64,000 nt of DNA from an uncultured Thermoplasmata archaeon (GTDB taxonomy: Archaea > Thermoplasmatota > Thermoplasmata > Halarchaeoplasmatales > Halarchaeoplasmataceae): contig CAYNQI010000001.1 in NCBI GenBank assembly GCA_964399335.1, forward strand, positions 24,361 through 88,360. The letters are read 5' to 3'. Both the position numbers and the translations under genes were made by a program. Within the stretch, counting starts at the first letter, position 1, and each line of letters opens with the position of its first letter. Under the pieces are notes generated by a model. That model was not told the DNA's origin, searched no databases, and saw only the letters and a program-made list of their open reading frames with translations. Shown piece after piece: positions 55,678-64,000 of this stretch.

Positions 55678-56787
55678 CTATTCCTTAGAGATGAAAGGAG
55701 GATTTTTAACTTCTGCTTTTTTCTTCTCTCCTCTTATCTCTATATGAACTTCTGTTCCCTCTTCATGATACCCGCTGTCTAGATATCCTAAAGCTATACC
55801 TTTTTTCAGTACTGGTGAGCGGGTACCGCTGGTTATTGTACCTATCTTATCATCACCATCGTAAATATCGTAACCTTTCCTAGGTATTCCTTTTTCTTTC
55901 ATCACCATACCTTTCAGCAATTGATGATCAGTACCTTTGATCTCTTCAAGAACTTCTTTACCGATGAAATCATGATCCCAATCTACTGCATGTTCTCCCC
56001 ATCCTGTTTCAACAGTGGTCCGGGATTCATCGAAGTCCTGCCCAGCTAGTAAAAATCCAAATTCTAATCTGAGTGTATCTCTAGCACCTAGACCACATCT
56101 TAAAGGTGGATCTTCAACAGATAATATCTGTTCCCAAAGGACCTTACCCGCTTTTTCAGGTAATATTATCTCAAAACCGTCTTCACCAGTATAACCACTC
56201 CTTTGGACCAATGGTCTATCTAACATCGGCCAACTTTTATCAAATGCATCCATGACCTTCTTATTGACATTTACCTGTTTAGATCTGAAGAATTCAATAT
56301 CAGAGATATCTTCATCACAAACCTCTGACAATATCCTCTGAGCTTCCGGTCCTTGAAGTGCCAGCATCACAGTATCATAGGTTATATCTGTAAGATGCTC
56401 TTCTCCACCTTTAGAAGCTAACCAATCATATATCCTTTTGTTGTTACCGGCGTTTGGAACTATGTAACAAGAATCTTCTGTTAATCTTGCTACAAGAGTA
56501 TCATCCAGTATCCCACCTTTTTCATTCAATATATGAGCATACTTGACTTCATTTATCTCTGAATCTGTTATATCCTGAGTTAAATATTTACTAATAAATT
56601 CGATAGCTCCGTCTCCCTTGATCAATATCTCTCCCATATGTGAGACATCGAAGATCCCTGCTTTCTTTCTGACTGCCATGTGTTCTTTAGTTATACTCGT
56701 GAATTTTAAAGGCATCTTATAACCGGCAAACTTTGTCATCTTTGCTCCTGCTTCTTCATGAAGTTTACACAATGCTGTTTCTTTCAT
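55678..56787 (-). CDS. gcvT: Glycine cleavage system T protein
   Basis: FAGYKMP, IFDVSHMGE, ALQGP, RSGYTGEDGFE, GLGARDTLRLE. Confidence 0.97.
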   Translation of the reverse strand: MKETALCKLHEEAGAKMTKFAGYKMPLKFTSITKEHMAVRKKAGIFDVSHMGEILIKGDGAIEFISKYLTQDITDSEINEVKYAHILNEKGGILDDTLVARLTEDSCYIVPNAGNNKRIYDWLASKGGEEHLTDITYDTVMLALQGPEAQRILSEVCDEDISDIEFFRSKQVNVNKKVMDAFDKSWPMLDRPLVQRSGYTGEDGFEIILPEKAGKVLWEQILSVEDPPLRCGLGARDTLRLEFGFLLAGQDFDESRTTVETGWGEHAVDWDHDFIGKEVLEEIKGTDHQLLKGMVMKEKGIPRKGYDIYDGDDKIGTITSGTRSPVLKKGIALGYLDSGYHEEGTEVHIEIRGEKKKAEVKNPPFISKE

Positions 56788-56872
56788 GATAATGGTATAG
56801 ACATATGGTTTAAAGTTTTTATTCTATTTTTAGGAAAAGGTACTAAATAATAAAAAAACCATTTAGATAGAT

Positions 56873-58252
56873 ATGAAAGAATATGATGTTATCGCTATAG
56901 GGAGTGGTTCCGTTACTAGTGTGGTTACTCAGGCTTTATCAAGGGATGATACTCTTTCAGTTGCTATCGTAGAGAAAGATGAACCTGGTGGTATTTGTTT
57001 AACTAGAGGTTGTATCCCCTCTAAAATGATACTCTACCCAGCTGAGTTACTAAGTCGTATAAATGAAACTTCTAAGTTTGGTATAGATGCTGAAGTGAAT
57101 AACATCGATTTCAAAAGGATAATGAAAAGAATGAGAGATCATGTTGATAAACAGAGTAATAACATCGGTAATAGTTTAAAACAATCTGAAGATTTAGACT
57201 TTTATCATACCACTGGAGAATTCATAGATGCTTATACTTTAAAAGTGGGTGAAAAAAAGATTAAAGGAGATAAAATACTCATATGTTCAGGATCTGAACC
57301 TTTAGTACCGCCTATCAAAGGTCTTGAAGAAGGTGGATATTTTACAAGTGAAGGATTATTACATTTAACTGAACTTCCAAAAAAAGTAGTGGTTATAGGC
57401 GGGGGATATATCGGTGCTGAGTTTGGATTTTTCCTATCTATGATGGGGTCCGATGTTACAATATTAGGTAAAAGAGAGCAGTTCGTTCCTGGTGAAGAGC
57501 CAGAGATATCAGATGTACTAAAAAAGAAACTATCCAAACATATGAAAATCAGAACTGATCATGAAGTAGTAGAAGTTAAAAGAAAGGGTGATGTAAAATT
57601 AGTTATCGCACAAGATGAACAAGGAAAACGTAAGGGATTTAAGTGTAACGGTATACTCTTAGCAGCAGGTAGGAAATCTACTTCAGAATACTTAAAACCT
57701 GAAAGGAGTGGTATTGAAACGGATGACAAAGGTTGGATCAAAGTTAATAAAAAGATGGAAACATCTAAAAAAAATATATGGGCATTAGGTGATGCAACAG
57801 GTAAATATATGTTCAAACATGTAGCTAACAAAGAAGCTGAAATAGTTTATTATAATGCCTTTACAGAAAGGGAAAGGGAGATGGATTATCATGCAGTGCC
57901 ACACGCTCTATTTACCTATCCGGAAGTGGGTTCGGTCGGTATGTTGGAAGAGGAAGCTGATAAGGAACATGATATCTTAGTTGGTTATTACCCTTACAGT
58001 GATACTGGAAAAGGCATGGCTATGATGGCAGAAGATTATTTTATCAAAGTGATAGTTGAGAAAAATACTTATCGTATCTTAGGTGCTCATATAGTCGGAC
58101 CGCAAGCATCGACTTTGATTCAGGAAATCATCAACCTTATGTACACCCAAGATCAAACAGCTCATCCCATATTTAGGGGAATGCATATACATCCTGCTTT
58201 AAGTGAAGTCGTTGAACGAGCTTTTTACAATCTACACTCACATCATCATTGA
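56873..58252 (+). CDS. lpdA: Dihydrolipoamide dehydrogenase-family flavoprotein (likely GCS L protein)
   Basis: GGICLTRGCIPSK, IGGGYIG.E, GDA, HIHPALSE; divergent from gcvT. Confidence 0.85.
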   Translation: MKEYDVIAIGSGSVTSVVTQALSRDDTLSVAIVEKDEPGGICLTRGCIPSKMILYPAELLSRINETSKFGIDAEVNNIDFKRIMKRMRDHVDKQSNNIGNSLKQSEDLDFYHTTGEFIDAYTLKVGEKKIKGDKILICSGSEPLVPPIKGLEEGGYFTSEGLLHLTELPKKVVVIGGGYIGAEFGFFLSMMGSDVTILGKREQFVPGEEPEISDVLKKKLSKHMKIRTDHEVVEVKRKGDVKLVIAQDEQGKRKGFKCNGILLAAGRKSTSEYLKPERSGIETDDKGWIKVNKKMETSKKNIWALGDATGKYMFKHVANKEAEIVYYNAFTEREREMDYHAVPHALFTYPEVGSVGMLEEEADKEHDILVGYYPYSDTGKGMAMMAEDYFIKVIVEKNTYRILGAHIVGPQASTLIQEIINLMYTQDQTAHPIFRGMHIHPALSEVVERAFYNLHSHHH

Positions 58253-58296
58253 TTGATGATAACATTTAAGTAAAATATTCAAGTTTCAGGGATAAT

Positions 58297-58680
58297 ATGA
58301 AACTTAAAAAGAAACTAAAAGATAATCAGATCATACTATCCATAGTTGTAATTATAATAAGTGCTTATCTGTTCATATTAGGACTTTTCAGTATAGTTTT
58401 GGTCGACTATGCTCCTGGAACTTTACTGGATATGGCAGATGTGATGGGAAACTGGATATACTGGCTATTTGTCATATCAATATTTTCACTAATTGGATTC
58501 TCCTGGTTTCTTGTGGATATCTATCTCAAGATTCAGGAATTCAAGGAACTTATGGATACGGATAGTAAAAGTAAATTCATCAAGAACATCGCTAGGATCG
58601 AAACCTTAGCTTTATACCTGGGATCTGAATATGAAGATAAGGTCATCGAGAAGGAAGAAGAGTACAACATAAATAGGTGA
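58297..58680 (+). CDS. DUF3198-like membrane protein
   Basis: Two TM helices, GNWIYW, F.ELMDTDSKSKFIKN...E.LA..L. Confidence 0.7.
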   Translation: MKLKKKLKDNQIILSIVVIIISAYLFILGLFSIVLVDYAPGTLLDMADVMGNWIYWLFVISIFSLIGFSWFLVDIYLKIQEFKELMDTDSKSKFIKNIARIETLALYLGSEYEDKVIEKEEEYNINR

Positions 58681-58692
58681 CCTCCGACGTTA

Positions 58693-58721
58693 TTTCCACT
58701 TGAAAAACAGGGGTCTCCCCC
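58693..58721 (+). promoter_or_regulatory. ORB-like origin recognition box, copy 2
   Basis: TTTCCACTTGAAAAACAGGGGTCTCCCCC, exact reverse complement of 55636-55664, 5 bp before tRNA-Gly. Confidence 0.65.
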
Positions 58722-58726
58722 CTTGT

Positions 58727-58799
58727 GCGGCTGTGGTCTAGTTGGTTAAGACTCAAGCTTCCCAAGCTTGCTGCCCGGGTTCGAATCCCGGCAGCCGCA
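58727..58799 (+). tRNA. tRNA-Gly(CCC)
   Basis: Acceptor GCGGCTG/CAGCCGC, anticodon stem CAAGC/GCTTG with CCC at 58761-58763, GTTCGAATC T-loop; CCA not encoded. Confidence 0.97.
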
Positions 58800-58831
58800 T
58801 GCGTTAAAAATTATTGATACCGATTTATAGG

Positions 58832-59842
58832 TCATAGAATTTTTTCGAGATAGTCCCCATCTTCCATCACTTTTTCTCCGTCTAGCCACACATCACAGTT
58901 CTGCATTACCATATCTATGTGCTGTTTACATGTCCATCCAGCCATTGTCATGTTTTGATTAGGATCACCAAAGGCTATATGGACTCCAGGTGCTTTTTCG
59001 TCAACAAGTATAGATCCGATCAATTCATCCACATACAGATTAGTACCAAATCCAAGCTCACCTAAATAAGATGAACATTCAGCTTGGCCAATATATTCCC
59101 TAATATCTCTTTCTATTTCTTTATCGTCGCAGGTGATAGATTCCTTTCTTGGAGGTCTTCCGTCTTTTATACTTATCTTAAGAGGAGATTCTTCAATTCT
59201 CTTTAGTGAGTAAACATCGTCGAAATAATCTCCAAGCGTACCGTCGATAACAGCTTTTCCTCTCATGCTTTGAGGAACTGTATATACCATACCATCTGGT
59301 AGATTGTGCCATTCCCCAGGCTCATGTAAAATGCCCGTTGTCGCTATCCATTTGTACTTACCTACTTCTGCTTCGAGATCTGTTCCAGCATCAGATTTTA
59401 TCTTGATCTTATCCACTTTTTTCACTTTAGAATGCATAGTATTCGTAAATTCTTCTACTTTATTGTAATCCCCTGTAAGTCCAGTTTTTACTATCTCTTC
59501 ATTTATATTTACCATATGTGCATGTCGACCGTTAAACACGGCAGACTTTAAAAATGGCATCCTAACAGTTTCCAACTCACCTTCCACGGACTTAGCGGTC
59601 CAAAAAGTGACGGTGGCATCAGTTGCTGCTTTTTCCATGGTATCCGGGTAGGACGAAATCGGTCTTTCTCCATATATATCCAAATTAAAATATCTTACAT
59701 GAGGTGTAATCTCAAGTATTTTCTCTTTCAATTTCTTGGCTATCTTTTCACTATCTTTGTCGGCAATTATCACAGCTTTATCCTCTGGTTTTACACCCAT
59801 GCAGGTTTCTACAGCGGTTCTACATCCTTCTTCTAAAGACAT
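58832..59842 (-). CDS. M29/AmpS-like aminopeptidase
   Basis: NLPDG, LGELGFGTN, DEKAPGVHIAFG, HID. Confidence 0.8.
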   Translation of the reverse strand: MSLEEGCRTAVETCMGVKPEDKAVIIADKDSEKIAKKLKEKILEITPHVRYFNLDIYGERPISSYPDTMEKAATDATVTFWTAKSVEGELETVRMPFLKSAVFNGRHAHMVNINEEIVKTGLTGDYNKVEEFTNTMHSKVKKVDKIKIKSDAGTDLEAEVGKYKWIATTGILHEPGEWHNLPDGMVYTVPQSMRGKAVIDGTLGDYFDDVYSLKRIEESPLKISIKDGRPPRKESITCDDKEIERDIREYIGQAECSSYLGELGFGTNLYVDELIGSILVDEKAPGVHIAFGDPNQNMTMAGWTCKQHIDMVMQNCDVWLDGEKVMEDGDYLEKIL

Positions 59843-59900
59843 AATATTCCCTCTTCCTTAAATATATTATATACATTAGGCTTTATAAGGCTTTAGCAAG

Positions 59901-59942
59901 AATTTAAAAAGAAAAAGGGAGGAGGAAATTATCGTGAATATC
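59901..59942. repeat. ~44-bp dispersed intergenic repeat, copy 2
   Basis: AATTTAAAAAGAAAAAGGGAGGAGGAAATTATCGTGAATATC aligns with 7950-7993. Confidence 0.55.
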
Positions 59943-60032
59943 TTGTTCCATTAAGGCGATTCGGTTCGATAGCTTCTAAATGGTTAAAGGACCACAAAAT
60001 AACCAAGTATAAATAATTTTTCCTGAAATGAA

Positions 60033-62795
60033 TCAAATAAGTTTTTTAGCTTCCTCAAAATCTCGGTTTAATTCTAATACTTTTTTGATCATAGACTTCC
60101 AGTCTTCTTCACCCTTCTGTTTTTTAGCTAAAGCTAGATTGTATAATGTTACAGGATCCTCTTCAAATAATTCATGGGCTCTAGCTAGGTTATCATACGC
60201 GGAGTCGGTTAGATTTCGTTCCAGCTGTGTGTAACCTAGATTGTTCAAGTAAATGAGGTTATTTGGTTGGATATCTATGGCAGTTTCAAAAGATGAAAGG
60301 GCTTCTCCATATCTTTTCATTTTAAACGCAGCACATCCGAGATTGTTATAATATAATGCTTTTTCACTTTTAACAGCTTTCCTGAATTGGTTAATACTTT
60401 TTTGGAAATCTCTTTCTTTATATCTAAAGACTCCAAGTAAATTGAAAATTTCTTCATTATGTCTATCCTCAGAAATTTTTTCTAGAGTTTCTATTCCCTT
60501 TTTGATACCCTCAGTTCCCGCATTACATCTAGCTTCGGCCATTATAAAATCTGTTAATTCTCCATCTGAAAATTCCTCTGCTTTTAAGTATGCTAGTACC
60601 GCTTCGCCTATCTTCCCACCTCTTCTCAGGCTTTCTCCCCGTCTTTCCCAGTATACACAGTTATGGTGAGTATCCTCTACAATGTTCTCAGAAACTTTTA
60701 TACTATTCCTATATTGTTCATTTTGGTAATATACTTCTTCTAGATTCAATTTTCCAAGTAGATCTTCTTCAGCTTTTCTAAACAATTCCTCTGCATTTTT
60801 GATGTCATCACTTCTATAATAGCAAGCACCTAATATGTTAAAAAAATCTGTAGAGTTGATATCTTTTAGTTTTTCAATCACTTTACTATACTCCCCCATC
60901 TTCCACATCAATTCAGCTTCATTGTAAGTGATCCTCTCTTTCAATTTTTCCTCTTCTTTCCTTACCTGAGCCATCCCCTCCATTATCTCTTCTTTTGTCC
61001 TTTTTTCGTCCCTTAATTTTTCAAGTTCGTTTAGTAACTCTTCTCTCTCCTCTTCTAGTTTGTCGATCTTTTCTTCTTTTTCCTCCACTTCTTTCCTAGC
61101 CTTATTTTCTTTCCATACAACTTCCTCTTCCTTTTCCTTTTTTATGCGTTCAAGTTCTTCTTGGAGTTCATTTTTAGTTTGTTTCAATTGGTTTATGATA
61201 TCCCTGCTCTCTTTTAGATCCCTTTTAAAATTCTCCCTTTCTTCCCTTAAACTTTCTATCTTATTTTCTTGCTCATCTAAAGCTTTTGCAAAATCTTCTA
61301 CTTCCTCACTTTCACTTTCCGATTCTTTAACTTTTTCTTCGAGTTCATCCTTCGCTTTTTTAATTTCTTCAAGTTCTTCTGTGGTCTTGTCTAATCTTTC
61401 TTTGAGTTTTTCTTTCTCATCCTCTGCTCTCTGGATATCCTCTTCTCTTTCTTCGACTGCCCTTTCAACTTCTTCCTTCTCGAATGTTTTTGCTTCTTCC
61501 TCTTTAACATATTGCTTTCCAATTTCTTCCTCTTCAACCCTTGGATCTCTTGGCTTGGCCTTTTTAAACTTTTTAGTTTTAACTTTTTCAGTTTCCTGTT
61601 CAGATCTCTCAGCACCCATTATCCTGTTTTTTAACTTTAGAGCAGATTCATAGTTCGGATTCAATTTCAAGGCCTTCTCGATAGATTCCAAAGCATCTTC
61701 TTTGTAGCCAGCCTTCTCTAAAAAAGCTCCCTTTATGTAGTGATAACTTTCATTATTTTGGTACAATTTAGTGAGTTTATCAGCTGTTCCCACAGCCTTT
61801 GAAATTCTACCCTCTTTTTCAAATATTAAGATCTTATTTATCAAAGCATCTTCGAACTCAGGATAGATCGATAAAGCATTATTTATACAATTTAGAGCTT
61901 CCTTTAATTCACCTTTCTTCATCAAACACAGACCTTTATTGTTCCAGGCGACTTCGTCCTTTGGTTCGACTTCCAATACCCTTTCAAAGCAGAGCATCGC
62001 CTCATCATATTCCCCTCTTTCAAATAAAACAGCACCTAGATTCTTCCATGAAGGCACATGGTCCTCGTTGAACTCTAAAGCGGTTTCATAAGCTTCTATT
62101 TCTTCATCATATTTTCCGATTTCATGGTAAGCACTACCTAAAAGATACCACAATTTGGGACTTTCCGAAACGGAGATTATGGTTTCATCAAGCAGCTCGA
62201 TGGCATCGAGAACCTGGCTGGATTCGAGTAGAGCCTGTGCTTTTTTAGTTCTAGCCTTTATATCCTCTGGTTTATTCTCGATCGCTTTGTCGTAATACTC
62301 GATAGCCTTATCGTGATCACCCTTCTGTTTGAATTCATCCCCCCATTTCAATAAACGATCCTGTTCTGTAGCGCTGCTCAAAGTTCTAGTATCTTCTTCA
62401 TCCCCCCCCTCAATCCTAGGGACCATATCATATTCTTTTAACAATTCGAAAAACTCATCCCCCCCGACTACTTCTATCCCTTCGTTTTCTTTAGTATCTG
62501 AGATATCTCTTGTGGTCAAATAAAATCCTCTTACACCAGGGCCAAGTGCATTTTTAAGACCCTGAACCTCTTTCTCAGGGTCTCCTCTAGATCTGGTCAT
62601 CTTTATAACATAATCATCGATTCTTCCTTCTCTGTGCATCTCGCCTTCTGCTTCCAAGTCCCCTCCGAAGCTCCTTGCAGAAGAAATGTCAAATCCCATA
62701 CTTTCAAGTAATCTAATAGTGAGTCTTTGAAAACGTTCACGACTCATCTTTTCGAGTTCGGACAAAACTTCATCTTTATCTGCCAAGAGGTTCAC
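60033..62795 (-). CDS. Mrr-like N-terminal domain + TPR array + coiled coil + TPR array
   Basis: MSRERFQRLTIRLLESMGF...GGDLEA...EVVGGDEFFELL (Mrr_cat-like); many W..LG..Y/A...A TPR units; central E/K heptads. Confidence 0.8.
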   Translation of the reverse strand: MNLLADKDEVLSELEKMSRERFQRLTIRLLESMGFDISSARSFGGDLEAEGEMHREGRIDDYVIKMTRSRGDPEKEVQGLKNALGPGVRGFYLTTRDISDTKENEGIEVVGGDEFFELLKEYDMVPRIEGGDEEDTRTLSSATEQDRLLKWGDEFKQKGDHDKAIEYYDKAIENKPEDIKARTKKAQALLESSQVLDAIELLDETIISVSESPKLWYLLGSAYHEIGKYDEEIEAYETALEFNEDHVPSWKNLGAVLFERGEYDEAMLCFERVLEVEPKDEVAWNNKGLCLMKKGELKEALNCINNALSIYPEFEDALINKILIFEKEGRISKAVGTADKLTKLYQNNESYHYIKGAFLEKAGYKEDALESIEKALKLNPNYESALKLKNRIMGAERSEQETEKVKTKKFKKAKPRDPRVEEEEIGKQYVKEEEAKTFEKEEVERAVEEREEDIQRAEDEKEKLKERLDKTTEELEEIKKAKDELEEKVKESESESEEVEDFAKALDEQENKIESLREERENFKRDLKESRDIINQLKQTKNELQEELERIKKEKEEEVVWKENKARKEVEEKEEKIDKLEEEREELLNELEKLRDEKRTKEEIMEGMAQVRKEEEKLKERITYNEAELMWKMGEYSKVIEKLKDINSTDFFNILGACYYRSDDIKNAEELFRKAEEDLLGKLNLEEVYYQNEQYRNSIKVSENIVEDTHHNCVYWERRGESLRRGGKIGEAVLAYLKAEEFSDGELTDFIMAEARCNAGTEGIKKGIETLEKISEDRHNEEIFNLLGVFRYKERDFQKSINQFRKAVKSEKALYYNNLGCAAFKMKRYGEALSSFETAIDIQPNNLIYLNNLGYTQLERNLTDSAYDNLARAHELFEEDPVTLYNLALAKKQKGEEDWKSMIKKVLELNRDFEEAKKLI

Positions 62796-62825
62796 CGGCT
62801 GTCAATACATATATTGGGAGGTATA

Positions 62826-63752
62826 TTAATTGATTATGCTGTGTCCGGCCCCTTCTAACCTGTTTAGAACATCATCCCACCTGACCTTCAATTCTTGTGG
62901 TCCATATGACTCTAAGGCGAAACTTGCCCTTGCAGAACCTATTAAACAACATTCATAGAGATCATAATCCCTAAAAAGACCAGCATAAAATCCAGCTCGG
63001 TAACAATCTCCAGCACCAGTAGGATCGACTATTTTTTTAGGCTCTATAGAAGGTACATATTTTTCGGTCTGCTGTGTGTAAAGTGTACTCCCTTCTCCAC
63101 CCTTGGTCACTATTACAGAATTCACATGATCCAACATATCTTCAATACGTTCTAAACCCAAATATTTCAAAGCTAGATCTGCTTCAGTTTCATTACAAAA
63201 AAACATATCTGCCATATTCAACATTTTATCGAATATATCCGGTCCATAAACGTATTTAAGTTCTTGAGCCGGATCAAAAGCTATCGTTTTATCCAACTTT
63301 GATGCGATCTCCATGACTCTAACATAATACTCTGGCCTCCCGGTTCCGATGTGTATAACTTCGCTGTTCTCAATATGTTTTCTACTTGCTTTCCGGCCAT
63401 GGATCTTATCCATGGCACCCTGGTCCATAAGAGCCATCTGGTTACCAGCAGGTTCGGTCACTATCCAGCAGGTCGGTGTTTTTCTGTTTTCCAGTTTTAT
63501 TAAATCTTCAAGGTCCACACCGCAGTGTTGAAGCGACTTTTCATAACTTTTAGGAAAATCTTCTCCAACGAATGAGGATAGTGCAGTATCAACTTTTAAA
63601 TCGGCAGATGCCTTGGCAATGTTTGCTCCGGTCCCTCCCCACCGTTCATTTCTATTTTTTACAGCGGTGGATGAATTAGGTTCAGGTAAGCTGTCGGTCT
63701 GCAGAATGACATCTACAGCAGTATGGCCAAAAACTCTCAGGTAATATTTCAT
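62826..63752 (-). CDS. PfkB-family carbohydrate/nucleoside kinase
   Basis: GGTGANIA, FDPAQ, NETE, VTKGGEGS, DPTGAGDCYRAGF. Confidence 0.93.
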   Translation of the reverse strand: MKYYLRVFGHTAVDVILQTDSLPEPNSSTAVKNRNERWGGTGANIAKASADLKVDTALSSFVGEDFPKSYEKSLQHCGVDLEDLIKLENRKTPTCWIVTEPAGNQMALMDQGAMDKIHGRKASRKHIENSEVIHIGTGRPEYYVRVMEIASKLDKTIAFDPAQELKYVYGPDIFDKMLNMADMFFCNETEADLALKYLGLERIEDMLDHVNSVIVTKGGEGSTLYTQQTEKYVPSIEPKKIVDPTGAGDCYRAGFYAGLFRDYDLYECCLIGSARASFALESYGPQELKVRWDDVLNRLEGAGHSIIN

Positions 63753-63854
63753 AAAAGAGTATTAAAAAGAAAGGTAAAAAAGGTTTTTGAGTAATACGTA
63801 GGAAAATTAGTTTTTACTTAACTTGATCCCATTTTACTCATATTAAATGCAAAT

Positions 63855-63998
63855 TCACTCAAGTTCAATCTCTTCTACTGAGATTTCAGATTCAACTTCT
63901 TCCTCTTCAGGTTCTTCAGACTCAACTGAATCTGCTTCACCTTTGACTTCTCCGAAAGCCATAGTGTGGAGAACCTTAGTGATTTCAATTGTAACTTT
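63855..63998 (-). CDS. TRAM-domain protein, C-terminal part with acidic tail; gene starts beyond the window
   Basis: KVTIEITKVLHTMAFGEV followed by an E-rich tail and TGA at 63855-63857. Confidence 0.7.
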   Translation of the reverse strand, partial: KVTIEITKVLHTMAFGEVKGEADSVESEEPEEEEVESEISVEEIELE

Positions 63999-64000
63999 AT

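Noticed and set aside
55625-55682. ATAGGTG on both sides of ORB copy 1 as a target-site duplication
   Set aside because: AGGTG is the Shine-Dalgarno core, and copy 2 has no matching flanking duplication
55636-58721. 29-bp repeat as a CRISPR direct repeat
   Set aside because: Only two copies, inverted, 3 kb apart, no spacers and no cas genes

Overview
Archaeal chromosomal segment, most likely Thermoplasmatota from a saline habitat. The domain call rests on Alba, fibrillarin, CarS, the Ipk-Fni-GGPP synthase cluster, Dph6, a BHB-intron tRNA and DUF835/DUF3198/PGF-CTERM modules; the class and habitat are inferred from low GC by eye and a very acidic proteome. Most of the window is housekeeping: NAD, purine, pyrimidine and isoprenoid lipid synthesis, glycine cleavage/SHMT, many peptidases, transporters, tRNA-Glu(TTC) with an intron and tRNA-Gly(CCC). 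Highlights: (1) a bacterial-type DnaA AAA+ domain that has lost its DNA-binding domain IV and sits between a DUF2226/PATAN-like domain and a DUF835 domain; (2) two identical 29-bp inverted elements matching the archaeal ORB origin-recognition box, in separate spacers 3 kb apart with no orc1/cdc6 gene in view; (3) an operon encoding a zinc-ribbon coiled-coil protein and a 1345-aa pure heptad-repeat protein; (4) an IS200/IS605 tnpB stub fused in frame to a PGF-CTERM membrane anchor; (5) a ~110-bp hairpin-rich insert bounded by a duplicated tRNA-Glu 3' end; (6) a CBS-HPF ribosome-hibernation-type protein, an Mrr-like/TPR/coiled-coil protein, a RelBE-type TA pair and four micro-proteins missing from the ORF track. 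No CRISPR array, rRNA, integrase or intact transposase was seen. All family assignments come from motif recognition, not database searches.
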